A stretch of 64,000 nucleotides of DNA from Eledone cirrhosa. Lineage: Eukaryota. Under the pieces are notes generated by a model. The model saw only the letters and a program-made list of their open reading frames with translations. It had not been told where the DNA came from and ran no database searches. The DNA is taken from NCBI GenBank assembly GCA_964016885.1, contig OZ024766.1:9982001-10046000 (forward strand), read 5' to 3'. Positions 41,826-57,372 of the stretch are shown piece after piece. The translations under genes and the position numbers were made by a program. The stretch's first letter is position 1. The number at the start of each line of letters is the position of its first letter.

Positions 41826-43533
41826 AGTCATGGTGGTGGTGGTGGTGGTGGTGGTGGTAGTGTGGTGGTGGTGGTGGTGGTGGTAGTGTGGTGGTGGTGG
41901 TGGTGGTGGTGTGGTGTTGTGGTGGTGGTAGTGTGGTGGTGGTGGTAGTGGTGTGATGTGGTGGTGGTGGTAGTGTGGTGGTGGTGGTGGTAGTGTTGGT
42001 GGTGGTGGTGTTGGTGTAGTGGTGGTAGTGGTGGTGGTAGTGGTGTGATGTGGTGGTGGTGGCAGTGGTAGTGGTGGTGTTGGTGTAGTGGTCGTAGTGC
42101 TGGTGCGGTGGTGGTAGTGTGGTGGTGGTAGTGGTGGTGTTGGTGTAGTGGTGGTAGTGTTGGTGTAGTGGTGGTAGTGCTGGTGCGGTGGTTGTAGTGT
42201 GGTGGTGGTGGTGGTGGTGGTAGTGTGGTGGTGGTGGTGGTGGTGGTGGTGTGGTGTTGTGGTGGTGGTGGTAGTGTGGTGGTGGTGGTGGTGGTGGTGT
42301 GGTGTTGTGGTGGTGGTGGTAGTGTGGTGGTGGTGGTAGTGGTGTGATGTGGTGGTGGTGGTAGTGTGGTGGTGGTGGTGGTAGTGTTGGTGGTGGTGGT
42401 GTTGGTGTAGTGGTGGTAGTGGTGGTGGTAGTGGTGTGATGTGGTGGTGGTGGCAGTGGTAGTGGTGGTGTTGGTGTAGTGGTCGTAGTGCTGGTGCGGT
42501 GGTGGTAGTGTGGTGGTGGTAGTGGTGGTGTTGGTGTAGTGGTGGTAGTGTTGGTGTAGTGGTGGTAGTGCTGGTGCGGTGGTGGTAGTGTGGCGGTGGT
42601 AGTGGTGTGATGTGGTGGTGGTGGTGGTGGTAGTGGTGGTGTTGGTGTAGTGGTGGTAGTGCTGGTGCGGTGGTGGTAGTGGTGGTGGTAGTAGAGGTGT
42701 GATGTGGTGGTGGTGGCAGTGGTGTGATGTGGTGGTGGTGTTGGTGTAGTGGTGGTAGTGCTGGTGCGATGGTGGTAGTGTGGTAGTGGTGGTTGTGATG
42801 GTAGGGGTAGTTGTGGTGGTGGTGGTGGTGTTGGTGTAGTGGTGGTAGTGTGGTGGTGGTGTGGTAGTGGTGGTTGTGGTGGTGTGGTAGTGTGCATAGA
42901 GTATATATAGTGTATATATATATAGTGTATATATAGAGTATATAGTGTATACAGAGTGTAGAGTGTGTATATAGTGAATATGTAGTGTGTATATAGTGAA
43001 TATGTAGAGTATATATAGTGTATATACAGAGTACATACTATATAGAGAGTACAGAGTGTATATATAGTATATATATAGAGAGAGTATATAGTATACACAG
43101 AGTGTATATATAGAATATATAGAGTATATAGTATATATATATAGAGAGACAGTATATAGTGTGTGTATATATATATAGAGTATATAGTGTGTATATATAT
43201 AGAGAGAGTATATAGTATACACAGAGTGTATATATAGAATATATAGTGTATATATATAGTATATAGTATATATATAGAGAGAGACAGTATATAGTGTGTG
43301 TGTATATATATATAGAGTATATAGTGTGTATATATAGAGAGTATATAGTGTATATATATATAGAGAGTATATAGTGTGTATATATATATATATAGAGAGA
43401 GAGATCATATATTGTGTGTAGAGTGTATATATAGAGTATATAGTGTGTATATATATAGAGAGTATATAGTGTATATATATATAGAGAGAGAGTATATAGT
43501 GTGTATATATATATAAAGAGAGAGTATATAGTG

Positions 43534-43572
<39 letters not shown>

Positions 43573-43738
43573 TATATAGTGTGTATATATATATAGAGAG
43601 AGTATATAGTGTATATATATATATAGAGAGAGTATATAGTGTGTATATATATATAAAGAGAGAGTATATAGTGTATATATATATATATATAGAGAGAGAG
43701 AGTATATAGTGTGTATATATATAGAGAGAGAGTATATA

Positions 43739-43795
<57 letters not shown>

Positions 43796-43955
43796 TCATA
43801 TATTGTGTGTAGAGTGTATATATAGAGTATAAAGTGTGTATATATATAGAGAGTATATAGTGTATATATATATATAGAGAGAGAGAGAGTATATAGTGTG
43901 TATATATATATATAGAGAGTATATAGTGTATATATATATAGAGAGAGAGTATATA

Positions 43956-44013
<58 letters not shown>

Positions 44014-44143
44014 CATATATTGTGTGTAGAGTGTATATATAGAGTATATAGTGTGTGTATATATAGAGAGAGTATATAGTGTATATATATATAGAGAGAG
44101 AGAGTATATAGTGTGTATATATATATAAAGAGAGAGTATATAG

Positions 44144-44174
<31 letters not shown>

Positions 44175-44217
44175 TATATAGTATATATATATATATAGAG
44201 AGAGAGATAGTATATAG

Positions 44218-44250
<33 letters not shown>

Positions 44251-44389
44251 TATATAGTGTGTATATATATATATGGAGAGATCATATAGTGTATATATAG
44301 TGTAGAGTGTATATATAGAGTATATAGTGTGTATATATATAGAGAGTATATAGTGTGTATATATATATAGAGAGAGAGATAGTATATAG

Positions 44390-44426
<37 letters not shown>

Positions 44427-44720
44427 TATATAGTGTGTATATATATATATATGGAGAGATCATATAGTGTATATATAGTGTAGAGTGTATATATAGAGTA
44501 TATAGTGTGTATATATATAGAGAGTATATAGTGTGTATATATATATAGAGAGAGTATATAGTGTATATATATATATATAGAGAGAGAGAGTATATAGTGT
44601 GTATATATATATATATATATATATGGAGAGATCATATATTGTATACAGAGTGTAGAGTGTAGTATAGAGTGTATATAGTGTAGAGAGAGTGTATATACAG
44701 TGTAGTGTAGAGTGTATATA
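41826..44720. repeat. (GGT)n-rich tract followed by a compound TATAG/AGAG/TA tract
   Basis: Direct reading. Confidence 0.9.
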
Positions 44721-44892
44721 TAGTGTAGTGTTTATATATATATATATATATATAAAGGTTAAACAAGGTTCAATAAATAAATCAAAGAATGAGTTTTACA
44801 ATAGATTGGAAGCACTCAACAGTGTTGGTTTTCCGGAGTTATTATTATTAATTCAAAATATTAACAAAAATAGACATTCGTGTGATCAATTA

Positions 44893-44959
44893 TATTTTAT
44901 TATACATATTTCAGAGGTACTGAGCTATCTTCAACAGTACGTCCTCATCAGATAAAATA
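44893..44959 (-). ncRNA. Type I hammerhead ribozyme motif
   Basis: TATTTTAT-CTGATGA-GGACGTACTG-TTGAAGATAGCT-CAGTACCTCT-GAAA-TATGTA-TA-ATAAAATA. Confidence 0.75.
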
Positions 44960-45046
44960 AGATGATGCATGCCATACCCTGACTTATTAGATGGTTAATA
45001 TTCAGTCATGGTAGTATATATATATATATATATATAACTGCACTCA

Positions 45047-45350
45047 GTGCTCCTGTGGGAGCCCCTACATGGACACACTAGGTTAGCTGGACATGCTCAC
45101 CAACACCTAGAGTTGACACTGCACGCAGTGCTCCTGTGGGAGCCCCTACATGGACACACTAGGTTAGCTGGACATGCTCACCAACACCTAGAGTTGACAC
45201 TGCACGCAGTGCTCCTGTGGGAGCCCCTACATGGACACACTAGAAGTGGAAGACCAAGGTTAACGTATGTTGATGCCCTAAGGACAGACACTGGTCTGTT
45301 GGAGACGCAGGACATGGCAGCGATAATGAGGGACAGAGACCGCTGGGGAG
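45047..45350 (+). mobile_element. 3' fragment of a second LINE family (RTE-like) with an internal 81-bp tandem repeat
   Basis: LAGHA...LLWEP.HG.RSGRPRLTYVD.L..DTG...MRDRDRW. Confidence 0.7.
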
Positions 45351-45452
45351 ATACTCATCCATTGATCTCGGGAATTTTACCCGCCCTAGATAGATATATA
45401 TATATCAATTCCATCCCGCCCGTCCCCTAAATCTATCTTATTTCTCATTCTT

Positions 45453-45488
45453 TCTTCTGATGAAGGACTAGCGTCCGAAACGTTAAGA
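45453..45488 (+). ncRNA. Minimal type I hammerhead motif (loopless palindromic stem III)
   Basis: TCTT-CTGATGA-A-GGAC-TAGC-GTCC-GAAA-CG-TT-AAGA. Confidence 0.6.
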
Positions 45489-45573
45489 CCCTCTTCCTGC
45501 TATATCAAGCGTTAACCTAATATATTCCTTCCATATACTGTACTGATTGTGTTGTTATTTCTGTTTACCTTTT

Positions 45574-45635
<62 letters not shown>

Positions 45636-45811
45636 TCACACACATACATACAAACACAAATATATATATATGTATATATAAACACACACAGATACATGTA
45701 TATAAATATAAACATACACACACTTAAACGTGTAAATATATATATATATACACACACACAGACATGTAAACATATATATAAATATATACAGATACACACA
45801 CATATATATAA

Positions 45812-45856
<45 letters not shown>

Positions 45857-45992
45857 GTGTGTGTATATATATATATATGCATTTGTACATACATATTCAA
45901 TTATATACATACGTATGAGGAAATGCGAGTGTATATGAACTGTCAAATCCCGGCTCGACTGACAGTTAAAAACAACAATGTATACACACCAC

Positions 45993-46050
<58 letters not shown>

Positions 46051-46148
46051 CAGGGTGTCCCCAAAAATGTATACACACTTCGATTACCTGTGCAGGCAAT
46101 ATTTATTAGAATGTGGTGTTGAAGTGTGTATATATTTTTGGGACACCT

Positions 46149-46213
<65 letters not shown>

Positions 46214-46231
46214 GTATATTTACATATATAC

Positions 46232-46264
<33 letters not shown>

Positions 46265-46786
46265 CACACACATATATATATATGTATGCTTATAATATAT
46301 ATATATATAAATACATATATGTGTGTGTATATATATATATATATGTATAAACACACACATATATATATATATATAAATACATATATGTGTGTGTATTTTA
46401 TATATATATATGTATAAACACACACATATATATATGTATATATATACATATATATATATGACCGTAATGCTGTGACAACCAACACTATCATCGTTAATAG
46501 TAAACGACATCTACAGACCTGAAGGCAGTAGCTCGAATCAAACGTAAGTAATAACATCCAGGGCCTGTGTATATATAAATATATATGTATATGTATATAT
46601 AAATATATACACTGCTGTATATATTTATATATTTCAGGATGTCACGCACCGTGTGACTTTCTTCTGACAACACATGTTGGGTTATCTCCCCTTACTTTCG
46701 CTCGCTGATTCACGTTTGAAGAGTTCTACTTTTGCATATACGTACACACATCTATATATATATGTATATATATAATATATATATGC

Positions 46787-46827
<41 letters not shown>

Positions 46828-46830
<3 letters not shown>

Positions 46831-46961
46831 TTAGGGTAGTAGAGTGGGTAATAGGAAAATGTTCAAGACCCCGACGGCAGGGCTCAAGCCGTCGAAACGG
46901 CTTGAGCTCTGCCGTCGGGGTCTTGAACATTTTCCTATTACCCACTCTACTACCCTAAGTA
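46828..46961. repeat. Near-perfect hairpin (about 62-bp arms), same family as 11862-11974
   Basis: CTTAGGGTAGTAGAGTGGG...CCGTCGAAACGG...CCCACTCTACTACCCTAAG. Confidence 0.85.
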
Positions 46962-47015
46962 TTGAGTACTCTGGTGCGTTATGGTCCACCTGGTTCCTTA
47001 CAACACTTCTTTTGT

Positions 47016-47046
<31 letters not shown>

Positions 47047-47213
47047 ATATATAAAAATATTTTCCATTTATTAATATTATTGATACTTCGGATAAATGCT
47101 GTTGAGTGCTTCTAAACTGTTGTAAAATTAATTTTGTTGAATAATAAACAAAACAAATAACTCATTGTTTATATATATGTATATATATACACACCTACAA
47201 TTGTATACATACC

Positions 47214-47249
<36 letters not shown>

Positions 47250-47389
47250 CACACATACACATATATATGTACATACACACACATATATACATACACACAC
47301 ACACACATATATATACACACACGCACACATATATATATATATATATATATAGGAAGGAAATGTGGTAAGCCGTCGGGGTCCTACTTGTT

Positions 47390-48758
47390 CATCATCATCA
47401 TTTTACGTCCGCTTTTCCCTGCTTGCAAGGGTGGGACGGGTCTTATTCAGCACAGCATCTCTCCACCCGTCATGGTCCCTCGTCATCTCCACCGTGAGCT
47501 TCAATGATTTGAGGTCTGTTCTCACCACCTCCGCCCATGTTTTTCGTGGTCTACCTCTACCACGTTTTCCTTCAACTGGCAATTCCTGGCACTTCTTCAC
47601 CCATCGGTCATCCTCCATGCGCATCACATGTCCATACCACCTCAGTCTCCTCTCCCGTACACTACATTCTATCCCTCTCAGAGACAGTTTCTCTCTCAAC
47701 ACATTTATGCTGGGTCGTTCACGCACATTTACACTGCACATCCAACGGAGCATGCTTGCCTCATTTCTCTCCAGCCGTCGCATATCCTCTGCAGTTGCTG
47801 CCCATGTCTCACTACCATGCAGCATCGCGCTCCTCACACAGGCATCATACAACCGGCCTTTCGTACGCAGGGAGAAACCCTTCTTCATCAACAGAGAAAG
47901 CAGCTCCCTAAACTTCGTCCAACCCGTCCTTATTCTAGATACTATGGCCTCGGAACACCCTCCTCCCATGCTAATCTGATCTCCTAGGTACCGGAAGCTA
48001 TCCACCACTTCTATAGCGCCCTCTTGCATTTGAAAAATGTGTCTATCAGTGCGACTTCTACTGTCTAATTTCCCTGTACATCTACTGCATACATATTTCT
48101 CCCTACCTGTTAGTTTGCCTGCTATCCCACTACATCTCTTGTGTACCCAGGATCTGCATTGTGTGCATTTTATAGAATTTATGCCAGTTCCTTTTCTGCA
48201 TATCGAACATGGCCATTTCCCTGACGGAATCAGAGTTTTGTCCTCTTTTCTACTCATCAACACTTTTGTCTTAGCTAGGTTCACTCTCAGTGCTCTTGCT
48301 TCCAACTGCTGTTTCAATAGTCAGAATTTATTCTCTAGCTCCTCTACTGATTCTGCTATAAGAACCAGATCGTCAGCGTAGAGAAGTTCCCATGGACAGC
48401 CAGTTTTAAACTCCTCTGTTATGGTTTGGAGGACTATAATGAACAAGAGCGGGCTGAGGACCGAACCCTGATGTACTCCTACTTGTATCTGGAATTCCTC
48501 ACTAAACTCCATTCCTACCCTGACTTTACTGAGAGTACCTCTATACAAAGTTTGCACTGTCCTCACAAGCCATTCCTCAACACCTAGCTTCCTTAGGGAC
48601 CACCAGATGACAGATCGGGGTACCCTATCAAAAGCCTTCTCTAGGTCAACAAAGGCTAAGTATAGTGGCTTATTCTTCTCTAAGAACCTCTCTTGCAATT
48701 GTCTCACCAAGAAGAGGGCATCTGTTGTACTCTTCCCAGGCACAAAACCAAACTGCAT
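47390..48758 (-). mobile_element. 5'-truncated RTE-clade LINE with a frameshift near 48320
   Basis: QFGFVPGKSTTDA, AFVDLEKAFDRVPR, QGSVLSPLLF, YADDLVL, FRYLG, RLRWYGHV. Confidence 0.93.
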
Positions 48759-48970
48759 CTCATATATATATTAACACCAATGTTATATATATATATATAC
48801 TCATATATATATATATATGTATTATTACACACACACACATACAAATATATATATATATATATATTGTTATACTTTGGGAGGATCATGCTGCCAATAAAAA
48901 CACATGCACCTGTAGAACAATATCTGTTTCAACACACGTTTTCCGAAATCTCGCAAAACAAATTCAAAAA

Positions 48971-49005
<35 letters not shown>

Positions 49006-49034
49006 AAAGTCTGTCTTAAGCCAGAGGGCTAATT

Positions 49035-51710
49035 TGGCTGGTGCTTATCTCGGTTTCATTGTGTGAAGCGACTGAGAGTACAAGACTTCCTCCTGGACAG
49101 GACACCAGTCCATCACAGGGTTAAAGTCTTAGTTTCATTGGTGTTAAGTGACTGAGAGTACAAGACTTCCCCCTGGACAAGACACCAGTCCATCACAGGG
49201 TTAAAGTCTGTCTTAGTATCATTGGTGTTAAGTGACTGAGAGTACAAGACTTCCTCCTGGACATGACACCAGTCCATCACAGGGTTAAAGTCTGTCTTAG
49301 TTTCATTGGTGTTAAGTGACTGAGAGTACAAGACTTCCCCCTGGACAGGACACCAGTCCATCACAGGGTTAAAGTCTGTCTTAGTATCATTGGTGTTAAG
49401 TGACTGAGAGTACAAGACTTCCCCCTGGACAGGACACCAGTCCATCACAGGGTTAAAGTCTGTCTTAGTATCATTGGTGTTAAGTGACTGAGAGTACAAG
49501 ACTTCCCCCTGGACAGGACACCAGTCCATAACAGGGTTAAAGTCTGCCTTAGTTTCATTGGTGTTAAGTGACTGAGAGTACAAGACTTCCCCCTGGACAG
49601 GACACCAGTCCATCACAGGGTTAAAGTCTGTCTTAGTATCATTGGTGTTAAGTGACTGAGAGTACAAGACTTCCCCCTGGACAGGACACCAGTCCATAAC
49701 AGGGTTAAAGTCTGCCTTAGTTTCATTGGTGTTAAGTGACTGAGAGTACAAGACTTCCCCCTGGACAGGACACCAGTCCATCACAGGGTTAAAGTCTGTC
49801 GTAGTATCATTGGTGTTAAGTGACTGAGAGTACAAGACTTCCCCCTGGACAGGACACCAGTCCATCACAGGGTTAAAGTCTGTCTTAGTATCATTGGTGT
49901 TAAGTGACTGAGAGTACAAGACTTCCCCCTGGACAGGACACCAGTCCATAACAGGGTTAAAGTCTGCCTTAGTTTCATTGGTGTTAAGTGACTGAGAGTA
50001 CAAGACTTCCCCCTGGACAGGACACCAGTCCATCACAGGGTTAAAGTCTGTCGTAGTTTTATTGGTGTTAAGTGACTGAGAGTACAAGACTTCCCCTAGA
50101 CAGGACACCAGTCCATCACAGGGTTAAAGTCTGTCTTAGTATCATTGGTGTTAAGTGACTGAGAGTACAAGACTTCCCCCTGGACAGGACACCAGTCCAT
50201 CACAGGGTTAAAGTCTGTCTTAGTTTCATTGGTGTTAAGTGACTGAGAGTACAAGACTTCCCCCTGGACAGGACACCAGTCCATCACAGGGTTAAAGTCT
50301 GTCTTATTTTCATTGGTGTTAAGTGACTGAGAGTACAAGACTTCCTCCTGGACAGGACACCAGTCCATCACAGGGTTAAAGTTTGTCTTAGTGTCATTGG
50401 TGTTAAGTGACTGAGAGTACAATACTTCCTCCTGGACAGGACACCAGTCCATCACAGGGTTAAAGTCTGTGTTAGTTTCATTGGTGTTAAGTGACTGAGA
50501 GTACAAGACTTCCTCCTGGACAGAACACCAGTCCATCACAGGGTTAAAGTCTGTCTTAGTTTCATGGGTGTTAAGTGACTGAGAGTACAAGACTTCCCCC
50601 TGGACAGGACACCAGTCCATCACAGGGTTAAAGTCTGTCTTAGTTTCATTGGTGTTAAGTAACTGAGAGTATAAGACTTCCCCCTTGACAGGACACCAGT
50701 CCATCACAGGGTTAAAGTCTGTCTTAGTTTCATTGGTGTTAAGTGACTGAGAGTACAAGACTTCCCCCTGGACAGGACACCAGTCCATCACAGGGTTAAA
50801 GTCTGTCTTAGTTTCATTGGTGTTAAGTGACTGACAGTACAAGACTTCCCCCTGGACAGGACACCAGTCCATCACAGGGTTAAAGTCTGTCTTAGTATCA
50901 TTGGTGTTAAGTGACTGAGAGTACAAGACTTCCCACTGGACAGGACATCAGTCCATCACAGGGTTAAAGTCTGTCTTAGTTTCATTGGTGTTAAGAGACT
51001 GAGAGTACAAGACTTCCCCCTGGACAGGACATCAGTCCATCACAGGGTTAATGTTTGTCTTAGTGTCATTGGTGTTAAGTGACTGAGAGTACAATACTTC
51101 CTCCTGGACAGGACACCAGTCCATCACAGGGTTAAAGTCTGTCTTAGTTTCATTGATGTTAAGTGACTGAGAGTACAAGACTTCCCTCTGGACAGGACAC
51201 CAGTCCATCACAGGGTTAAAGTCTGTCTTAGTTTCATTGGTGTTAAGTGACTGAGAGTATAAGACTTCCCCCTTGACAGGACACCAGTCCATCACAGGGT
51301 TAAAGTCTGTCTTAGTTTCATTGGTGTTAAGTGACTGAGAGTACAAGACTTCCCCCTGGACAGGACATCAGTCCATCACAGGGTTAAAGTCTGTCTTAGT
51401 TTCATTGGTGTTAAGTGACTGAGAGTATAAGACTTCCCCCTTGACAGGACACCAGTCCATCACAGGGTTAAAGTCTGTCTTAGTTTCATTGGTGTTAAGA
51501 GACTGAGAGTACAAGACTTCCCCCTGGACAGGACATCAGTCCATCACAGGGTTAAAGTCTGTCTTAGTTTCATTGGTGTTAAGTGACTGAGAGTACAAGA
51601 TTCCCCCCTGGACAGGACACCAGTCGATCACAGGGTTAAAGTCTGTCTTAGTTTCATTGGTGTTAAGTGACTGAGAGTACAAGACTCCCCCCTGGACAGG
51701 ACACCAGTCC
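49035..51710 (-). repeat. 84-bp satellite (about 31 units) derived from a SINE central domain
   Basis: Period of 28 codons in the ORF track; unit ACCCTGTGATGGACTGGTGTCCTGTCCAGGGGGAAG; non-repeated SINE-like end GAAACCGAGATAAGC at about 49046-49060. Confidence 0.93.
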
Positions 51711-52352
<642 letters not shown>

Positions 52353-52519
52353 ATGTGTGTGTGTGTGTTAGGTAATTTCGAAGAAAAAGGCAAAGGAAAA
52401 AAGAGTACTCTATGTGTAGAACAGAGCTATTTAATTAGAAAGTGAACAACACAAAATATAACTACTCCATTACCAAAGGTTTCAGGATCCCAGACGATAT
52501 TAATACACGATGATAACAT

Positions 52520-52587
52520 TTCTGTCTGATGAACGATCCAGACATATATTAATATTGTCTGGGATCCAGAAACCTTTGGTAATGGAG
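52520..52587 (+). ncRNA. Type I hammerhead motif within an inverted repeat (52430-52622)
   Basis: TTCTGT-CTGATGA-ACGATCCAGACA...TGTCTGGGATCCA-GAAA-CC-TTT-GG-TA-ATGGAG. Confidence 0.65.
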
Positions 52588-52618
52588 TACTTATATTTTG
52601 TGTTGTTCACTTTCTAAT

Positions 52619-52666
<48 letters not shown>

Positions 52667-52676
52667 CAGTGTGTAA

Positions 52677-52712
<36 letters not shown>

Positions 52713-52771
52713 TGTAAGTATATATATATATATATATACTTACACACTATATATATATATACAGTGTGTAA

Positions 52772-52807
<36 letters not shown>

Positions 52808-53246
52808 ATACTTCGGGAGGGTCATGTTGCCAATAAGAAACACACGCACCAGTTGCTTTCACTTCAATTTATTATGTATTTATAAATTTATAAATTTACA
52901 ACACACGATTTCAGATAAAGAATCTTGCTAAACAAATTCAGAAACGAAATATATATATATATATATATATACAGTGTGTAACTATATATAACCAAACTTG
53001 CCTCAAGTGGGAAAATTCCCGTCCAAACCCATGCTAGCATGGAAGATGGACGTTAAACGATGAGGATGATATATATATATATATACACATACACATACAT
53101 ACATATATATACACATACATACATATATATATATACACATACATACATATATATACACATACATACATATATATATACACATATATATCCATACATATAT
53201 ATACATATATATATACACATACATACATATATATACACATACATAC

Positions 53247-53277
<31 letters not shown>

Positions 53278-53561
53278 GACACACATATAATTGTTTCTAC
53301 TTTTGGCACAAGGCCAGCAAAAATACCCAGTGCATTACTGGTACTTTATTTTATCGACCCCGTTAGGATGAAAGGCAAAGTAAACCTCGGCGTGATTTGA
53401 ACTCAGAATGGCAAGGACACACACAGATTTAATGATTGAGTTAACTGGGAACGCAGGAGCAACTCTTTTGCCTTCTGGGAGCAGCAAAACACTAAACCGG
53501 TGTTCAGACGTAAAAGTCCCTCGCTGCAGAACCAAAACATGTAACACTTTTATCTTATGTT

Positions 53562-53595
<34 letters not shown>

Positions 53596-54396
53596 TAAAT
53601 ATATATATATATATATACACACATATATAAATATATATATATACATATATGAAAAAATAATAATCACCAAAGTTCAATATATTCATATATTATTTTAACG
53701 ATTTACATCTTTCAGTCAAATACAAAGGAAGACAGCATTTAATTCGTTATATATATAAACATATGTGTGTGTATGTATATTTATTTATATATGTATATAT
53801 ATCTATCTATATATAGAGAGAGGGAGTGACATATATATGTATATATATGGTATGTGTATATGGACTTTCAATTCATCGCTCACCGGCTCAAATTTCGCCC
53901 GTTTTCAATCCACTACCCTCGGGGACGAGCTTTTAAAAACATAATAATAATAACACTACTAATAATAATTGTTTCTACTTCACGCACAAGGCTAGCAATT
54001 TGTAGGGGAAGGGAAAGTCGATTAAATCGACCTCAATGTATTACTGGTAATTTATTTTATCGACCCCGTAAGGATGAAAGGCAAAGTTAACCTCGGCGGG
54101 ATTTGAACTCTTTTAAAAAACAAATATATTTTTTTAAACACCACCAACTACTACTACTACTACAGCTACTAACACTACTACTACTACCACTACTATTACT
54201 ATCGCTACTACCAACAACAACTACCACTACTATTACTACTACCACTACTACCACTACTACTACTACCACCACTACTACTATTAACAACACTATCACCACT
54301 GCCAACAGCTACTACCAAGACGACCACTACCACCATCATCGGTAACAACTACTACCACCACCAACAACAACTACCGCCACTACTACTACTACTACT

Positions 54397-54412
54397 ATGG
54401 ATTGGAATGGAG
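54397..54412 (+). CDS. Candidate first coding micro-exon (MDWNG) of the ZDHHC gene
   Basis: ATG GAT TGG AAT GGA G|GTTTGT gives phase 1, matching the acceptor at 56510; otherwise unsupported. Confidence 0.3.
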
Positions 54413-54624
54413 GTTTGTATTTTTTATAATTCACAGTTTGGCATAATGTGTGTGTGTGTCCGTGTGTCCTTCCTGTGACTTAGCATTTCGCCAAGACAGA
54501 AATCGATAAAATAAATTCCAGATGTGATCAACTAAATTAAGGTAGTGCCCCAGCATGGCCACAGTCTAATGAGTGAAACTAGTAAAGCAGTACAGGGGTT
54601 GATATGATCAACTAGATGAGACAA

Positions 54625-56305
54625 AGATAGACTTTAACTCTGTGGTGGACTGGTGTCCTGTCCAGGAGGAAGTCTTGTACTGTCAGTCACTTAACACCAA
54701 TGAAACTAAGACAGACTTTAACCCTGTGATGGACTGGTGTCCTGTCCAGGGAGAAGTCTTGTACTCTCAGTCACTTAACACCAATGAAACTAAGACAGAC
54801 TTTAACCCTGTGATGGACTGGAGTCCTGTCCAGGGAGAAGTCTTGTACTCTCAGTCACTTAACACTAATGAAACTAAGACAGACTTTAACCCTGTGATGG
54901 ACTGGTGTCCTGTCCAGGGAGAAGTCTTGTACTGTCAGTCACTTAACACCAATGAAACTAAGACAGACTTTAACCCTGTGATGGACTGGTGTCCTGTCCA
55001 GGGAGAAGTCTTGTACTGTCAGTCACTTAACACCAATGAAACTAAGACAGACTTTAACCCTGTGATGGACTGGTGTCCTGTCCAGGGAGAAGTCTTGTAC
55101 TCTCAGTCACTTAACACCAATGAAACTAAGACAGACTTTAACCCTGTGATGGACTGGAGTCCTGTCCAGGGAGAAGTCTTGTACTCTCAGTCACTTAACA
55201 CCAATGAAACTAAGACAGACTTTAACCCTGTGATGGACTGGTGTCCTGTCCAGGGAGAAGTCTTGTACTGTCAGTCACTTAACATCAATGAAACTAAGAC
55301 AGACTTTAACCCTGTGATGGACTGGTGTCCTGTCCAGGGAGAAGTCTTGTACTCTCAGTCACTTACCACCAATGAAACTAAGACAGACTTTAACCCTGTG
55401 ATGGACTGGTGTCCTGTCCAGAGGGAAGTCTTGTACTCTCACTCAATTAACACCAATGAAACTAAGACAGACTTTAACCCTGTGATGGACTGGTGTCCTG
55501 TCCAGAGGGAAGTCTTGTACTCTCAGTCACTTAACACCAATGTAACTAAGACAGACTTTAACCCTGTGATGGACTGGTGTCCTGTCCAGAGGGAAGTCTT
55601 GTACTCTCAGTCACTTAACACCAATGTAACTAAGACAGACTTTAACCCTGTGATGGACTGGTGTCCTGTCCAGGGGGAAGTCTTGTACTGTCAGTCACTT
55701 AACACCAATGAAACTAAGACAGACTTAAACCTGTGATGGACTGGTGTTCTGTCCAGGGGGAAGTCTTGTACTGTCAGTAACTTAACACCAATGAAACTAA
55801 GACAGACTTTAACCCTGTAATGGACTGGTGTCCTGTCCAGGGGGTAGTCTTGTACTGTCAGTCACTTAACACCAATGAAACTAAGACAGACTTTAACTCT
55901 GTGATGGACTGGTGTCCTGTCCAGGGGGGAGTATTGTACTCTCAGTCACTTAACACCAATGACACTAAGACAGAATTTAACCCTGTGATGGACTGGTGTC
56001 CTGTCCAGGGGAAGTCTTGTACTCTCACTCAATTAACACCAATGAAACTAAGACAGACTTTAACCCTGTGATGGACTGGTGTCCTGTCCAGAGGGAAGTC
56101 TTGTACTCTCAGTCACTTAACACCAATGAAACTAAGACAGACTTTAACCCTGTGATGGACTGGTGTCTTGTCCTGGTGGAAGTCTTGTACTCTCAGTCAC
56201 TTAACACCAATGAAACTAAGACAGACTTTAACCCTGTGATGGACTGGTGTCCTGTCCAGGGGGAAGTCTTGTACTCTCAGTCACTTAACACCAATGAAAC
56301 TAAGA
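54625..56305 (+). repeat. 84-bp satellite (about 20 units), inverted relative to 49035-51710
   Basis: Same unit on the opposite strand. Confidence 0.93.
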
Positions 56306-56510
56306 TAGGCTTTAGGTGTCACAACAAAAAGCAACCAGTCCACACTGTAAATGTGGTTGGTGTTAGGAAGGACATCCAGCTGTGGAAAATGGACATTAGA
56401 AGATGGTGGTGGTGATTGTGATGATGATGTTAATGGTGATGACGATGTTGATGATGATGATGATGATGACGATGGTGATGATGATGATGATGATTTTCTT
56501 TCCATTTCAG

Positions 56511-57349
56511 ATTCGTCGGGAAGAAAATGGAGATATCCGTGGCCACCAAAGCTCATTGACAAATTTTTCCTCTCCGTGGTTCTGCTGGGAGGTATCCTGT
56601 TGTCGTGGTATGAAGGTTTCCAAGTCCTACCCACTTACTACACAGAAAATCCATCCTCCCCCATAGTCGTTGCGCACATGGCCATCTTCATGGGGCTGCT
56701 ATTTCATATCTACGCCAACATGGCTCTGCTGATCTTCACGGACACTTCGGTGAGGAGCCGTGCGTACCTGCCACTCGTCAGCCAGATGTGGCGTTTCTGC
56801 CAGAAGTGCGACACTCACGTGCCAGCCCGTTCGCACCACTGCGCCAACTGCGACGTCTGCATATTGCGTCGCGACCACCACTGCTGGTTTGCCGGCTGCT
56901 GCGTCGGTTACCACAACCAGCGCTACTTCTGTGTAATGGTGGCGTACATGTGCATCGTCGCTCTCTACTGCAATATCTTCAACTACGAGTTTGTGCGCCA
57001 AATGAAGGGCTCTCCGTTCAGTTTCTTCAATATTGCTTCCTTCGTCATGCCTCACGTCGGTTGGGTCCTCGGATACTACGATGCCTATGTCTTCTTTGTC
57101 ACGGTAATGAGCTCCGTAGGGTTCTTTATATTACTTATGCTCCTCTGGCTGTGCAATACACAGATTAAGATGGCTCTTTACGCACAAACACAATATGAAT
57201 ACAAAAAAAAAATCAACACATACAACATGGGGTTCACACACAATTTAACAGATATTCTGGGTCCTCGTTGGGGTTTGGTGTTCATCTGCCCTTGGATTAA
57301 GTCAGAACTACCAGGAGACGGTTTTGTATTTTCAACAAAAGATTCATGA
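56511..57349 (+). CDS. ZDHHC24: DHHC palmitoyltransferase, ZDHHC24-like; main/terminal exon
   Basis: CQKCDTHVPARSHHCANCDVCILRRDHHCWFAGCCVGYHNQRYF cysteine-rich domain; four TM segments; C-terminal LGPRWGLV..PW..SELPGDG; acceptor TTTCCATTTCAG at 56510, phase 1. Confidence 0.85.
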
Positions 57350-57372
57350 TCAGGGCCTATGTCCTTAAGAAG

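Noticed and set aside
46611-46675. Hammerhead-like, minus strand
   Set aside because: Core reads CAGAAGA and the cleavage register is ambiguous.
56351-56510. Poly-Asp N-terminal extension of the ZDHHC ORF
   Set aside because: It is the (GAT)n tail of a SINE upstream of a clear splice acceptor, so intronic.
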